Under the pieces are notes generated by a model, which saw nothing but the letters and a program-made list of their open reading frames with translations, was not told where the DNA came from and made no database searches. DNA of 64,000 nt, from assembly GCA_964187785.1 (NCBI GenBank), contig OZ076421.1, forward strand, positions 42,966,001 to 43,030,000, read 5' to 3'. The stretch comes from Amphiscolops sp. MND2022. Taxonomy: Eukaryota. A program made the translations under genes and the position numbers. The stretch's first letter is position 1. Each line of letters opens with the position of its first letter. Shown piece after piece: positions 13,375-23,945 of the stretch.

Positions 13375-14896
13375 CGACCTGAAAAAGTGAGATCGAGTGT
13401 TAGAACAAAGAGATTTAGTTGGAAAGCTAAAAAAGACCTAGCTACTACCGCAATTGGGTGTAGATATATTTGGTATACGTCGTCGAAGGGCATGCCTCGG
13501 CATGCCCACAGACGGTGGGCGTTGGTAACAGTATGTGGCGGTATAGTCTCAATTTGGTAGCCAGTAATGTCAATCGGTCACATTGTGGATGCAACAAATT
13601 GCCTATTGGAGAAGACGGAAAATTGGAGCATACTTTTAGAACCTACACCGTTGTGTAATGTACATGTAACTAAATGCAATCCGTTGTTATCTACTCTCAA
13701 ACAGGGAGATACAAGAAACACTTTCAAATGTATAGTAGCGGAGAAAAAGTCCGAACGCATCCCCTTCAATTTTTTTCCCGATGCTCCAAATGACTTGAAA
13801 GAAGGGAACGAATAATTTAATAAATGCTTCAACGGTATTGTTCCAATACGTTTAACAAGAGCAGTCGACAGAAAGTTTCACGAAACCAAAGGAAAACCGA
13901 TTAAACATGCGATTTAAACTAGCAGAAGAAAATTCAGCAATGACCTCATCGAAAGATTTTTCAATCACAGTGTAGTCGTTGAACTGTGGAATAGATTAAG
14001 ACATGGTAACCTCGTTCAAGGGCTTCAGATAACCAACAGTAAGCAAGAGCCATAGGCAAAGTGTTGAAAAAGTACTCGCAGTTACAAGCGACTGCTGATC
14101 CTATGAATAGTAATGTGCACATCACGGCTGACCAATCACACTTACAAGAATAACTCCGTGTAACGTACAAAGGACACAAAGAACATAGTCGATTTTCAGT
14201 GTTCTGTAGCAGTCGTACGCCAAATTTCCTGTTTTTGAATGGAACTCCCGTTGGCAAGTTCACTAGCCTCAGTGGATAATCATCATTGCTCTCTCGCAAG
14301 CATTTGTCACATCGGTCACGGTTGTTGCAAAATTGATTGTATCCTACAAAATTCTCTCAAAGTTCTTTATCCAAAGCAGTTACGAGGCAGGTTGATTTAG
14401 GGGTATTATATTATCATAACAAGAATCAAGTACCGGTTGCTCATCGTCCGGTCATTAGACAAAACCCACATCAATCCACTTGTCTACATGTTCACTGCTA
14501 CACTTTTTTCAGCTGTACAAACTTGAGACTGAACGATAAAAACATTTTCGCTCTCTGCTTGACACAAGTTAGATGGATTAAACTGGCCACGTCTATTGCG
14601 TTTATATCGATTCCGTTTTGGACCCATGAAATGCTAGCAGTCGAGATATTCAATTAATCTTAAAATGGCATTTACTTGTTATTCCATCAATGAATTACGC
14701 CATGTACGATATACATAAAAGGTGATTTTGTAAAACAAACAGAATTAATCACCTGAATTCAATAGCTACCAAAGTGATATGACATCTATATGCTATGAAT
14801 ATCAGCTGAAAACAAAAGCGGAACCAAGTGAACAAAAAAATTTCTTTTGCCATTATATAAAGAACAACAATATATTTAGATGACCAGCAAGATTTT

Positions 14897-15328
14897 TTAA
14901 ATGCGTGGTAGATCTTTCTCAGTTTTTCTCTGGCGACGAACACCGTCATACTCAGGATTAAAGATGTTTGTTTTGAAATCCATATAGATCTCGTTCTCTG
15001 TTTTTGTCTGTTGACGAACTCCTTCATACTGAGGATGAAATATTTTGGGTTTAGTGGCCACATAGTCACTGGGTAGAAACACCGTATTCTTATGAAATAA
15101 ATCCTTCCTTTGCATTATACGATTCATGAACAATTTGGCTTCTTCATGATGGAAGAATTTGATAATTCCTTTGGCTCCGTCGCATTTTCCTGCTACTGGA
15201 CCAGCACGACTGACAGAAACACAAACACGTTTTTCATCTCGAAATTTGAGTGAATGTCGTATAAAGTTAATGATCCTTTTGCTGGAATAGGTCCCGCCTT
15301 GCAATTTAATAGTTCTGTAGTACTTCAT
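14897..15328 (-). CDS. Small accessory ORF (143 aa) of the transposon block, possibly RRM-like
   Basis: Uninterrupted ORF from ATG 15328 with a strong acceptor (tttttttgtttatag) 6 nt upstream. KGIIKFFHHEEAKLFM resembles an RNP1-helix segment. The C-terminal IF(H/N)P(Q/E)Y(E/D)GVR motif is duplicated. Confidence 0.4.
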   Translation of the reverse strand: MKYYRTIKLQGGTYSSKRIINFIRHSLKFRDEKRVCVSVSRAGPVAGKCDGAKGIIKFFHHEEAKLFMNRIMQRKDLFHKNTVFLPSDYVATKPKIFHPQYEGVRQQTKTENEIYMDFKTNIFNPEYDGVRRQRKTEKDLPRI

Positions 15329-15947
15329 CACTACCTATAAACAAAAAAATACGGCGAATTGAGAGTAACAATAGAAGGTTCTTGCATTTAACATTACCAC
15401 TATTTTAAACAATCTTTTCAAACAAAACAAGAAACGAGTCGACGAAACACCCGAAAAAATTGTGGAAGGAACGAAAAAGGCACGAAATAGAATGCTGAAA
15501 CCTGCAATGAAAACGGCAGAAAAACTAGCATACCAGTAGAACACCGTAGCGAGTATCATTCACTAAACATTACGAGAAAAATAGGAGTAAGTAATGACTA
15601 CTGCGACGAAGAATGATGTGCGCTTATTAAATCACGTAACATTTTCGTAGGAAATAACCATTGTTTACTGGCGGGAAGTAAAAGAAAAAGCGCAATGAAA
15701 AACATTCTCCAATGAGACACTATTATCAACCCCAAAACAATAAAATACACATGATAAAGAATGAAAAAAGAGATAGGATAATAACATCATTAGTACGAAA
15801 ACTTAATCAAGTTTTATTAAATCAATAAAATACATGCAATAACAAAGTTCAAAGAGATATCAACAAAAAAATGTATGCCATATATTCAATAGCAGTTGTA
15901 ATTGGAACCAAATGCTCATAATATAACTGAAAGCTTGATTAAAAAAT

Positions 15948-16020
15948 AAAGGTTGCAGTAGAGGATTGAACTCGCACCAATGAACTCCAAGCCTGATGTA
16001 ATATCCACTGTGTCAACTTG
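15948..16020 (-). pseudogene. Degenerate tRNA-like segment
   Basis: Minus strand has A-box-like ttgacacagtgg and B-box-like gagttcaatcc; the stems are poorly paired. Confidence 0.45.
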
Positions 16021-16195
16021 CATATTGAAACAAATAATATTAATCTCACTTGTTTCGAAGACTTGCTGTTATTAACGCTTAATACGCAATTCAACAGTAG
16101 AAATTGAATTGTGTCAAATTAAAATACGAGAAATCAAAGGAACACTCTCATCGCATTAAATTTGTGCATAACTCGTTATCAAAGAATATATTAAG

Positions 16196-16265
16196 CTATG
16201 CGGGAGAATCGAACTCACAATATCTGCTTCACAGGCTGACGCCAAACCTCTAAACCAAGTGTCGG
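16196..16265 (-). pseudogene. Degenerate tRNA-like segment (His-GUG-like loop)
   Basis: Minus strand reads ttggtttagagg (A box), tcagc-ctgtgaa-gcaga (anticodon arm with a mismatch), gagttcgattc (B box). Confidence 0.5.
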
Positions 16266-16711
16266 TCCTGAAACAACAAAGAATATTAGGTTGTTTTAAC
16301 TCGTACATAATAAAAACTAACAATTACATCAAGACAAATGCCTGATAATCACACGTAAGATGAACGTAACATGAAGTATAGAAAGCTGTTCAAAATTGCA
16401 ATATCCTTAACAAATAGGAAATCGTAGCAAGTGATAAATGAATTATACAAGTAAACCAATCAAAAAGAAAGATCTTTTTCTCGTTTTAACTAAGAAATAT
16501 TATTCGCGATAAGCAAATTCAGCGCCTGAGCCAGTTGAAAGTTGAAAAAAGATCGAACAGAAATGTTAATTTTTCAGATTACTAATTTGAGGAAGATGTA
16601 ATGAGTGTATCAATCAACATTTTTAGGGGTACACATCGAACAAATAATAAATCATCCGTAACAACAAAATACATAAACGAAAATCGAAACAAAAACAGGA
16701 CAAAGAATTCA

Positions 16712-18525
16712 CTGTCAAACACGATATAACAAAAAATCTCCAAGATATCATTAATCTTGAAATCAGTGTTGGCACAGGATCGTTTCCTCAGTCAAAAATT
16801 ACAGCAGACATCTTAATGGTGTTTACAAACGACAATGTATAAAGACAAACTATACATTATTACCAACAACGCAAAGTGACATTTTATGCAATAGAACAAA
16901 ATTATCGAAGTTTAGTGAAAAGTTTCAAACTGTTAATAATGATCCAACACTAACAAATAAACCGAAAAGAACTTTTGAACTTCATGTCAAGTGCTATTTA
17001 AACACAACTTGTATGAGTTGTGAAGAAGAAAAGAAATCCAGTCCGTTAAATAATACGATAACGAAAGCATAAACGTTGAACAATGCCAAAGGGAAAAGAA
17101 ATTACTGCAATATCCAGTCACACAGCGACTGGATGTTGCAGGGTGGAAAGCAACTATTGGAGGGAAGGAAGATGCGTTTAATAATGCTCCGAAAGTCTGT
17201 TAACATCTGTGTCCCGAGCCACAGAAGTGTTTAGTAGATTGACACGTTCGTCAGGATTAGTGGGTGCTTCCAGAAGGTGTTGCGGGGGACTGTCAAACAC
17301 GATATAACAAAAAATCGCCAAGATATCATTAATCTTGAAATCAGTGTTGGCACAGGATCGTTTCCTCAGTCAAAGATTACAGCAGACATGTTAATGGTGT
17401 TTACAAACGACAATGTATAAAGACAAACTATACATTATTACCAACAACGCAAAGTGACATTTTATGCAATAGAACAAAATTATCGAAGTTTAGTGAAAAG
17501 TTTCAAACTGTTAATAATGATCCAACACTAACAAATAAACCGAAAAGAACTTTTGAACTTCATGTCAAGTGCTATTTAAACACAACTTGTATGAGTTGTG
17601 AAGAAGAAAAGAAATCCAGTCCGTTAAATAATACGATAACGAAAGCATAAACGTTGAACAATGCCAAAGGGAAAAGAAATTACTGCAATATCCAGTCACA
17701 CAGCGACTGGATGTTGCAGGGTGGAAAGCAACTATTGGAGGGAAGGAAGATGCGTTTAATAATGCTCCGAAAGTCTGTTAACATCTGTGTCCCGAGCCAC
17801 AGAAGTGTTTAGTAGATTGACACGTTCGTCAGGATTAGTGGGTGCTTCCAGAAGGTGTTGCGGGGGACTGTCAAACACGATATAACAAAAAATCGCCAAG
17901 ATATCATTAATCTTGAAATCAGTGTTGGCACAGGATCGTTTCCTCAGTCAAAGATTACAGCAGACATGTTAATGGTGTTTACAAACGACAATGTATAAAG
18001 ACAAACTATACATTATTACCAACAACAGTATGATTTGCTCAGTGTGGAAAACACACAAGTGGAAACCGTGAACTATTTATGCACGGAAATTACATGTTAA
18101 ACAACGCAAAGTGACATTTTTATGCAATAGAACAAAATTATCGAAGTTTAGTGAAAAGTTTCAAACTGTTAGTAATGATCCAACACTAACAAATAAACCG
18201 AAAAGAACTTTTGAACTTCATGTCAAGTGCTATTTAAACACAACTTGTATGAGTTGTGAAGAAGAAAAGAAATCCAGTCCGTTAAATAATACGATAACGA
18301 AAGCATAAACGTTGAACAATGCCAAAGGGAAAAGAAATTACTGCAATATCCAGTCACACAGCGACTGGATGTTGCAGGGTGGAAAGCAACTATTGGAGGG
18401 AAGGAAGATGCGTTTAATAATGCTCCGAAAGTCTGTTAACATCTGTGTCCCGAGCCACAGAAGTGTTTAGTAGATTGACACATTCGTCAGGATTAGTGGG
18501 TGCTTCCAGAAGGTGTTGTGGGGGA
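16712..18525. repeat. Tandem triplication, unit 578 bp (third copy 658 bp)
   Basis: ctgtcaaacacgatataac starts at 16712, 17290 and 17868. The third copy has an extra 79 nt at 18027-18105 flanked by aacaac. Confidence 0.95.
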
Positions 18526-19741
18526 CTGCTGGATCCTTCCCGATCATTTCCGGGGGGAATGCTGGATGCTTCCCGATTGTTTTGGGGGGCACTGCTGGAT
18601 GCTTCCCGGTCGTTTTCAGGGGAATGCTGGATGCTTCGCGATTGTTTTTGGGGCGACTGTATGATGCTACTTCTTCAGGTGGAAGAGTTATTGTGTGGCT
18701 TGTGGAATGATAATAAGCAGCATCTGTTGCTGGCCGCATCATTGAGGAAGAAGTACCGGCAGTATAAGAGTATGGGGCTCCGTACATCAGTGATTTCTGA
18801 TGGTCACTCAAAGCAGTAACAGGCATTAAGCTACAAATATGGTAGCTGAAACTTCCTGAGGTAACGTGATTCTCTTCATCGTTCGCTGGTTTAAACCAAA
18901 CTACAACTCGGAAGCCTTGACAAGCTTCCACTGATGCAGCAACTCGGGTTACCGCTTCTTCCATTTCATAGACATCGATGTCCTCGCTGCAGAGGGACTT
19001 TGCCAAAACTGAAGAATGAACGAAAACTCTTGTGGCGTTAGCAGACGTCGTCGCCAGTGACACTATCATTTAATTCTTCACAAGTAAAACTTATGCTTAA
19101 AGCCCAGTGCTTCTTCGATTCGGCTACTAAACAACCACAGCTGCTGCCGTCCACTTGACCATCACACATTCTTCCTTTACAAATGTTTTCTTTCGGTACA
19201 GCATGGCAAACATCGAAAGCTGAAGCTTTAAAATCAAAGAAAACATAGCTGGCAGTACTGACGTCACTTTGTGGCATCAAAATTTGTATAACCTTTCGCA
19301 GGGAACTAGAGGGTCTCCGGTAGATATCAGCACGTTCTGCGTTCCCTTCAACAAACCCACAGCTTTTAGAGACAAAACCGAAACAGGAAGTCCTGGTTCC
19401 ATGACTTTTTCCAGGCTGAGAAGACGTTTCGACTCTTCTGGGGTCTTTGTGATCGTCAGCAGTACGTGTTGTGTCCCCTCAACACCCAATACAACAAACC
19501 TATCGTAGTTGACAACCTCCTGGAGTCGTACTTTCTGAAAAGCACGGAACGATTTCGAATAGTTTATGCGCTTCTGACAAGCTGCGGCATACAAGAAAAC
19601 ACAACGATTTCGGAATCTTCCTTTCAACGATGAATCACCATCAGTGAAATCGTGGTATTCTGCGATTCTGAATTGGCGCTCCACTTCCGCCTGCACCTCC
19701 ACAAGACCTTTTCCAATTTTGATGTAACCGGGTAACGGCAT
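18467..19741 (-). pseudogene. Accessory ORF of the Pif1/GIY-YIG unit (Cys-cluster protein; two frameshifts)
   Basis: Fragments 19277-19741, 19038-19280 and 18467-19069 join in order. They contain YDRFVVL, CKGRMCDGQ..SCGC, GFRVVVWFKP..HICSLMP and C-terminal GKHPA(V/F)PP repeats encoded by a ~33-bp minisatellite (18526-18660). Confidence 0.6.
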
Positions 19742-19944
19742 AGCAAGCTCTGAAATACATGGAGCAAGATGTTACATCACGAAGCAGGACAATAACAAAA
19801 GTTCGAATAATGACAGCTATCACTATAGATGTTGGTTAAATCGAACAAAAAGAAAACGGTTTGGAAGACTTGATTTTTAAACAGAGCATACAAGAAGGAC
19901 GAAACAGTTACAAACATGTACTCAACACTCAACTCATTATAGCG

Positions 19945-22200
19945 TCAGGTATTGGAGACAAAGGTCAACGTTCCACCCAGAACAAGAATAGGTGAACCAA
20001 AATCACCAGACTGCGTCATGATGCATAACTCATCCATCATTGGATCAACTCGGAAACCAAACAACGATTCTTTCGACAACATAATTCTTTTACTGTCCGA
20101 TACAAAGTTAAAGGCGAAAGCAGCTAGACTCCAAGGTCTCAAATGCTGCTTAGCCGTGAGACTCGGAATGTCACCAGAGTTGTGACGACCCAACTCTTCT
20201 AATAAATTGTTGTTTGTGTGGTTTCCCCGATGAAAATAGCTTTGAAGGAACTGTCACGCAGACTCACCAGGAGGTAAACGAAGCCGTTCTCTACTCTCGG
20301 GATTTCTGTGACAATGGGTTTCATCAAAAGATTCGGGATAGCAAAATAGTAGCCTGCTGTTGTTTTCATTCTATGTAAAGACTGTAATCTTTGGTCAACC
20401 AGCAATTCCTTGTTTTGTTGTTTTTCTGAGAATAGTTGTAATAGCAGCTGAGGTATCCTCACTAAAAAAAAGCAGCCTAATAGTTACAAAAATAAATACC
20501 ATTTGGCTAGAAACAGTAGCGAAAACACATAAAATCCTGATTTAATGGCAACTAATTTCACTTAACTCACCGAAGACCGACGAAATGTACATTACACAAC
20601 TGCTTTACACGGCTAACAATCACATACAGCTGCGAAGCCAACCGGAGACAGTAATCGGCTTCAGTCAACGAAATTTGTGTTGCTATTTTGTCAAAGGTGT
20701 CGCCCATCAATTTATGGCAAGTAGAGGCAACATAGTTTGTGAAAGGAAGTTGCGTCCGTCGCAAAGAAGAAACCCAAGACTTGCTGAATGAAGTAATTTT
20801 TTGAATTCTTATTTTAGGCCATTCTTTGAATAGTTCTTGCTCCATCAAGTTGTCCCACAGGAATGAATTAGTTGGTGCAACGTAAGCCACTATCGATCCA
20901 CCTGAAGAAGAGGGCAGTTCTGCTAGCACAGCAACTTGTCCTTGCGACAAATTAGACATATTGACAGTTAATCTCAGCAGACAGTGCTCGTGAAGTAATA
21001 GTTTACGTGGCTCTCTACACAAGATACATAGAAGCATTTTCAGTAGCATTCGTCCAATGATTTGAAAAACTGGGACACATTTCATCGAAAGCATTGAGCA
21101 CAACTGTAGGAACGCCCGAGTTTCTAATACTATTCTGATACAAAGTGACCGCCTCCCGTTCGGCTCGTTTTTTGCCGAAAACTTTCACCACAGTCTTATG
21201 ACCGAGGTTGGCCCAAGTGTCGACGAAGTTGCAGCTAGTTTTCAACGTGTCCACAATAAATGCTATGTCTTCCTCGAGTATTGGTTTCTTAGACATGGCA
21301 TTCAGTACCGCCTGTCCTCTAAAATCGTTCATGCGTACAAAATGGCGCAAAAAGTAACAATCAAAATCGAATATTAGTCGTGAACTGAGAAAAAAGTGTC
21401 CCCGTTAGCAAGCACCATGACGCCTCCAAAACGTAGGCTGCTGTTGCATAACTTTTGTAAAACTAAATCCATTATAGCCAGTAATTCAACGCTAATAAGA
21501 CCAATTTCCTGGACAAGTAAAATGTCAATAGACAACAAATCATCAGCTTTCTGACTCTCACGTTCCAATTTCTTCATTGCTTTCTCAGCTGCAGCCGACA
21601 CATCATCATTGGCATTAACTACAATACCGAAAAGACGGTGAATGTGCTCATAACGGAAAATTGAAGCACGGCGAGAAGCTAAGCTAGTAATGTAGCAATT
21701 GAGACCATTCAACAAAGCGAATAGTAAACTTATTGATGTAACGTTGCTTTTTCCTGAACCAGATTTCCCAAGAATAATCTGAAGCTTCAGCTGCCGCATC
21801 GAATAGTTAGGTATTTTGCGGTAAAGGTAATCAAGTGTTTCACACTGTTCTGAAAATGATAAACTCGATTGACATGTCATGATAAATATCATACGATAAT
21901 CTTACGAGTTTCAAATAGGCTATAATATGGAAACCGCAGTTATGATCCCGCACAAATAACAGTTAATCTACTTCCGATATAAAACTTGAGGAAAACTTAA
22001 AACTTTCGTATTTGAAGTAGACACCGCACGAAGTTGAAACACTCTTCTCCTTAAATAGCGGAGCGCAAAAAGTAATGCATCATCAAAATGAGAATAAGAT
22101 AGAGGAAAAAATGAAGCTTGAATAAGAGATACCGTAATACGACTAGACAAGTGAAAAACTATCAAAAGCTGATAAAACTCCTGCGCATGAAAGAGTTCAT
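19945..22200 (-). pseudogene. Second Pif1-family helicase with C-terminal GIY-YIG endonuclease (Helitron2-like; no Rep domain seen)
   Basis: ILGKSGSGKS (Walker A), ILLVQEIG (degenerate Walker B), FGGVMVLANGD, QLPFTNYVASTCHKLMGDT, QLYVIVSRVK, then GFVYLLVS...IFIGET...LGRHNSG...RPWSLAAF (GIY-YIG). Confidence 0.85.
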
Positions 22201-22402
22201 TGAGAAGATGCTGCTAATAAAGTTGAGGCTGGGTGTTAAGACAAGAGAATTCTTCAATCTATGAGTTATCTAGACATTAGATAAAACAGGCTGCGAAAAC
22301 CCGCAAAACAAGGGGAGTCGAAATGCCAGAAATAAAACTGAAAGTGACAATGTGTCATAGTAAAAATGTTGTAGTAAATTGAACGATTACACATCGAATG
22401 GT

Positions 22403-23528
22403 TTAGACATTACAAATCGTCATCACTTGGAACACTTCGTTGTAGACAGCACCTGCAAGTGCAGCAGATCTTTTCGATTTACGCGTCGAAGTTTTTCCTA
22501 CGGCGTGAATTGGTTGCTTGTTCTTTTTACTGATATTTGCACAAGAACCAGAATTTGGTATCTTCTGACCAAGAGCGATATGGCCTACATTGTCAGCAGT
22601 AAGTGATTCTCTGTCAGCAGGAGCAATGGATTCAATGTTACCATCAGTTAGTGATGCTTTGAAATTGTCATCAATGGAGTTTTCTTGGAGAGAGAACGTG
22701 GCTTTCCGCGATTTAGCAAAAGAACATGAAGTAGAAGGCTCTTCTGATTTGCGATCCAAGGACTGAGTTGGCTCATCTTCTATTGGTAAGTTAGCTATAA
22801 GATCATCAAGGGAACTACCGCCGAGCGACAGCATAGACTTGGTGTCAGATATTTCAGTACGTTTCATCACTTGTAGTTGTTTTCTTCTCTTGAATTTCTT
22901 TCCAGCAGATATTTGAGAGGTTGGAGGATTTGTAATGACTCTTTGGATATGGTTTATATCTCTGCAGTTGCCTTCAGATGATTGCAGGTGAGGACTGAGC
23001 ATTGGATGCATGAAAAGCTGAAGTAAAAACCCTTGGTGAAGCAGAAAATGACTTCATAGCAGGTGGGTATAGGACTCGTGGAGACACTGTGTGAGTTGTG
23101 TTGGAAAGTTTCTTCGCAGGAAACTGAAGAAGCTCCGTTGTTTCTCAATTTTTGCGCGCTTTTCGTGAGAAGCAAATTATGCTGTCTTGAAGAATCGCGA
23201 TGGATGTTTCTCGCGTTGGACAGGTTTTTCAAGGCTTCACATAATTGGCACGAGAACGCTCAGTTGACTGGACTGTAGCAAGCAAATCGTTGCGCTCTTT
23301 GCTAATTTTCCCAGCTATTTTTTTCGCATGAAGAAGGACCTTGTCAATGGCGGCCACCAAGGTTTTCTCACCATCATACAGCCGAGGGACCACTTTATTC
23401 GAGACAGAAGGTCGTTCCGCGATGGCATAAGAGAAGGAAGCTTTGACAGAAAGCAGTATGTCATGAATAGTTTCGATTTCTTCGAGAGAATTGTTCAGTA
23501 GAGGCAACAATTTCCAATCAGTAGACAT
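22403..23528 (-). pseudogene. Frameshifted low-complexity ORF, unknown function (upstream-most ORF of the block)
   Basis: ATG 23528 (MSTDWKLLPLLNNSLEEIE...) has a tttttttcag acceptor 8 nt upstream. It continues through ORF-track pieces 22954-23232 and 22403-23011. No recognisable domain. Confidence 0.4.
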
Positions 23529-23576
23529 TTGGTTCACTGAAAAAAAGCCAATGAAAAGGCTGACGCTTGAAATAGG

Positions 23577-23945
23577 AACAAGCCGGGAACGGCCCAAGTC
23601 GGCGCCATATCCAAGGCTCAAAAATAGCATAAGGACTTCAAATTTCCAAGTATTGGTGAATTGGGAACACTTTTACGAAAAAATTTTTCGAAAAAAGTCC
23701 CACAATGCCGAAAAAACTCAAAGGGAGGACCCTTTGGTCTCGTCCAGTATTGTATGTTACGCGGGAAACCTTTTTGGTTCAGTTCTTTGGGCCACCAGGT
23801 ACATTTTGGCGTCTTCTGTAAATTTTGTAGAACTTTTGGTAGAACTATTTTGGTCAGTCCAGGTCTATTTTGGTCTTTAAAAAAACACTGACGAAAAGCC
23901 ATGACTATAGTCGACTCTTTTCTTCAGAAAAGCGCCGACTAAAAA
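23577..23945 (-). mobile_element. HINE family 1 (non-autonomous Helentron) copy
   Basis: aacaagccgggaacggcccaagtcggcgcc...aaagcgccgactaaaaa: asymmetric IRs AGTCGGCGC/GCGCCGACT, a GCCG-GGAA-CGGC terminal hairpin and A/T-run ends. Confidence 0.8.

Larger units (their letters stand above)
2051..14627 (-). pseudogene. Helentron RepHel-endonuclease polyprotein, multiply frameshifted
   Basis: Colinear minus-strand fragments: probable start MGPKRNRYKRNRRG (ATG 14627); JAMM domain; KRKYQE repeats; DUF6570-like (MPALKDKVINVP...LPRSLDDSLLVNVQFKR...NPFYRDV); RGTSQYW...LGPFQYFFTLSCAEMRWPE; HUH motif RVDMQLRGMAHIHGFFW; YICGYYSK; Pif1 motifs; APE motifs. Many stops and frameshifts. Confidence 0.92.

Noticed and set aside
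15948-16265. Functional tRNA genes (also at 26775, 27770, 40000 and 43070)
   Set aside because: Acceptor and anticodon stems are mismatched and the segments sit inside repeats; treated as tRNA-derived sequence.
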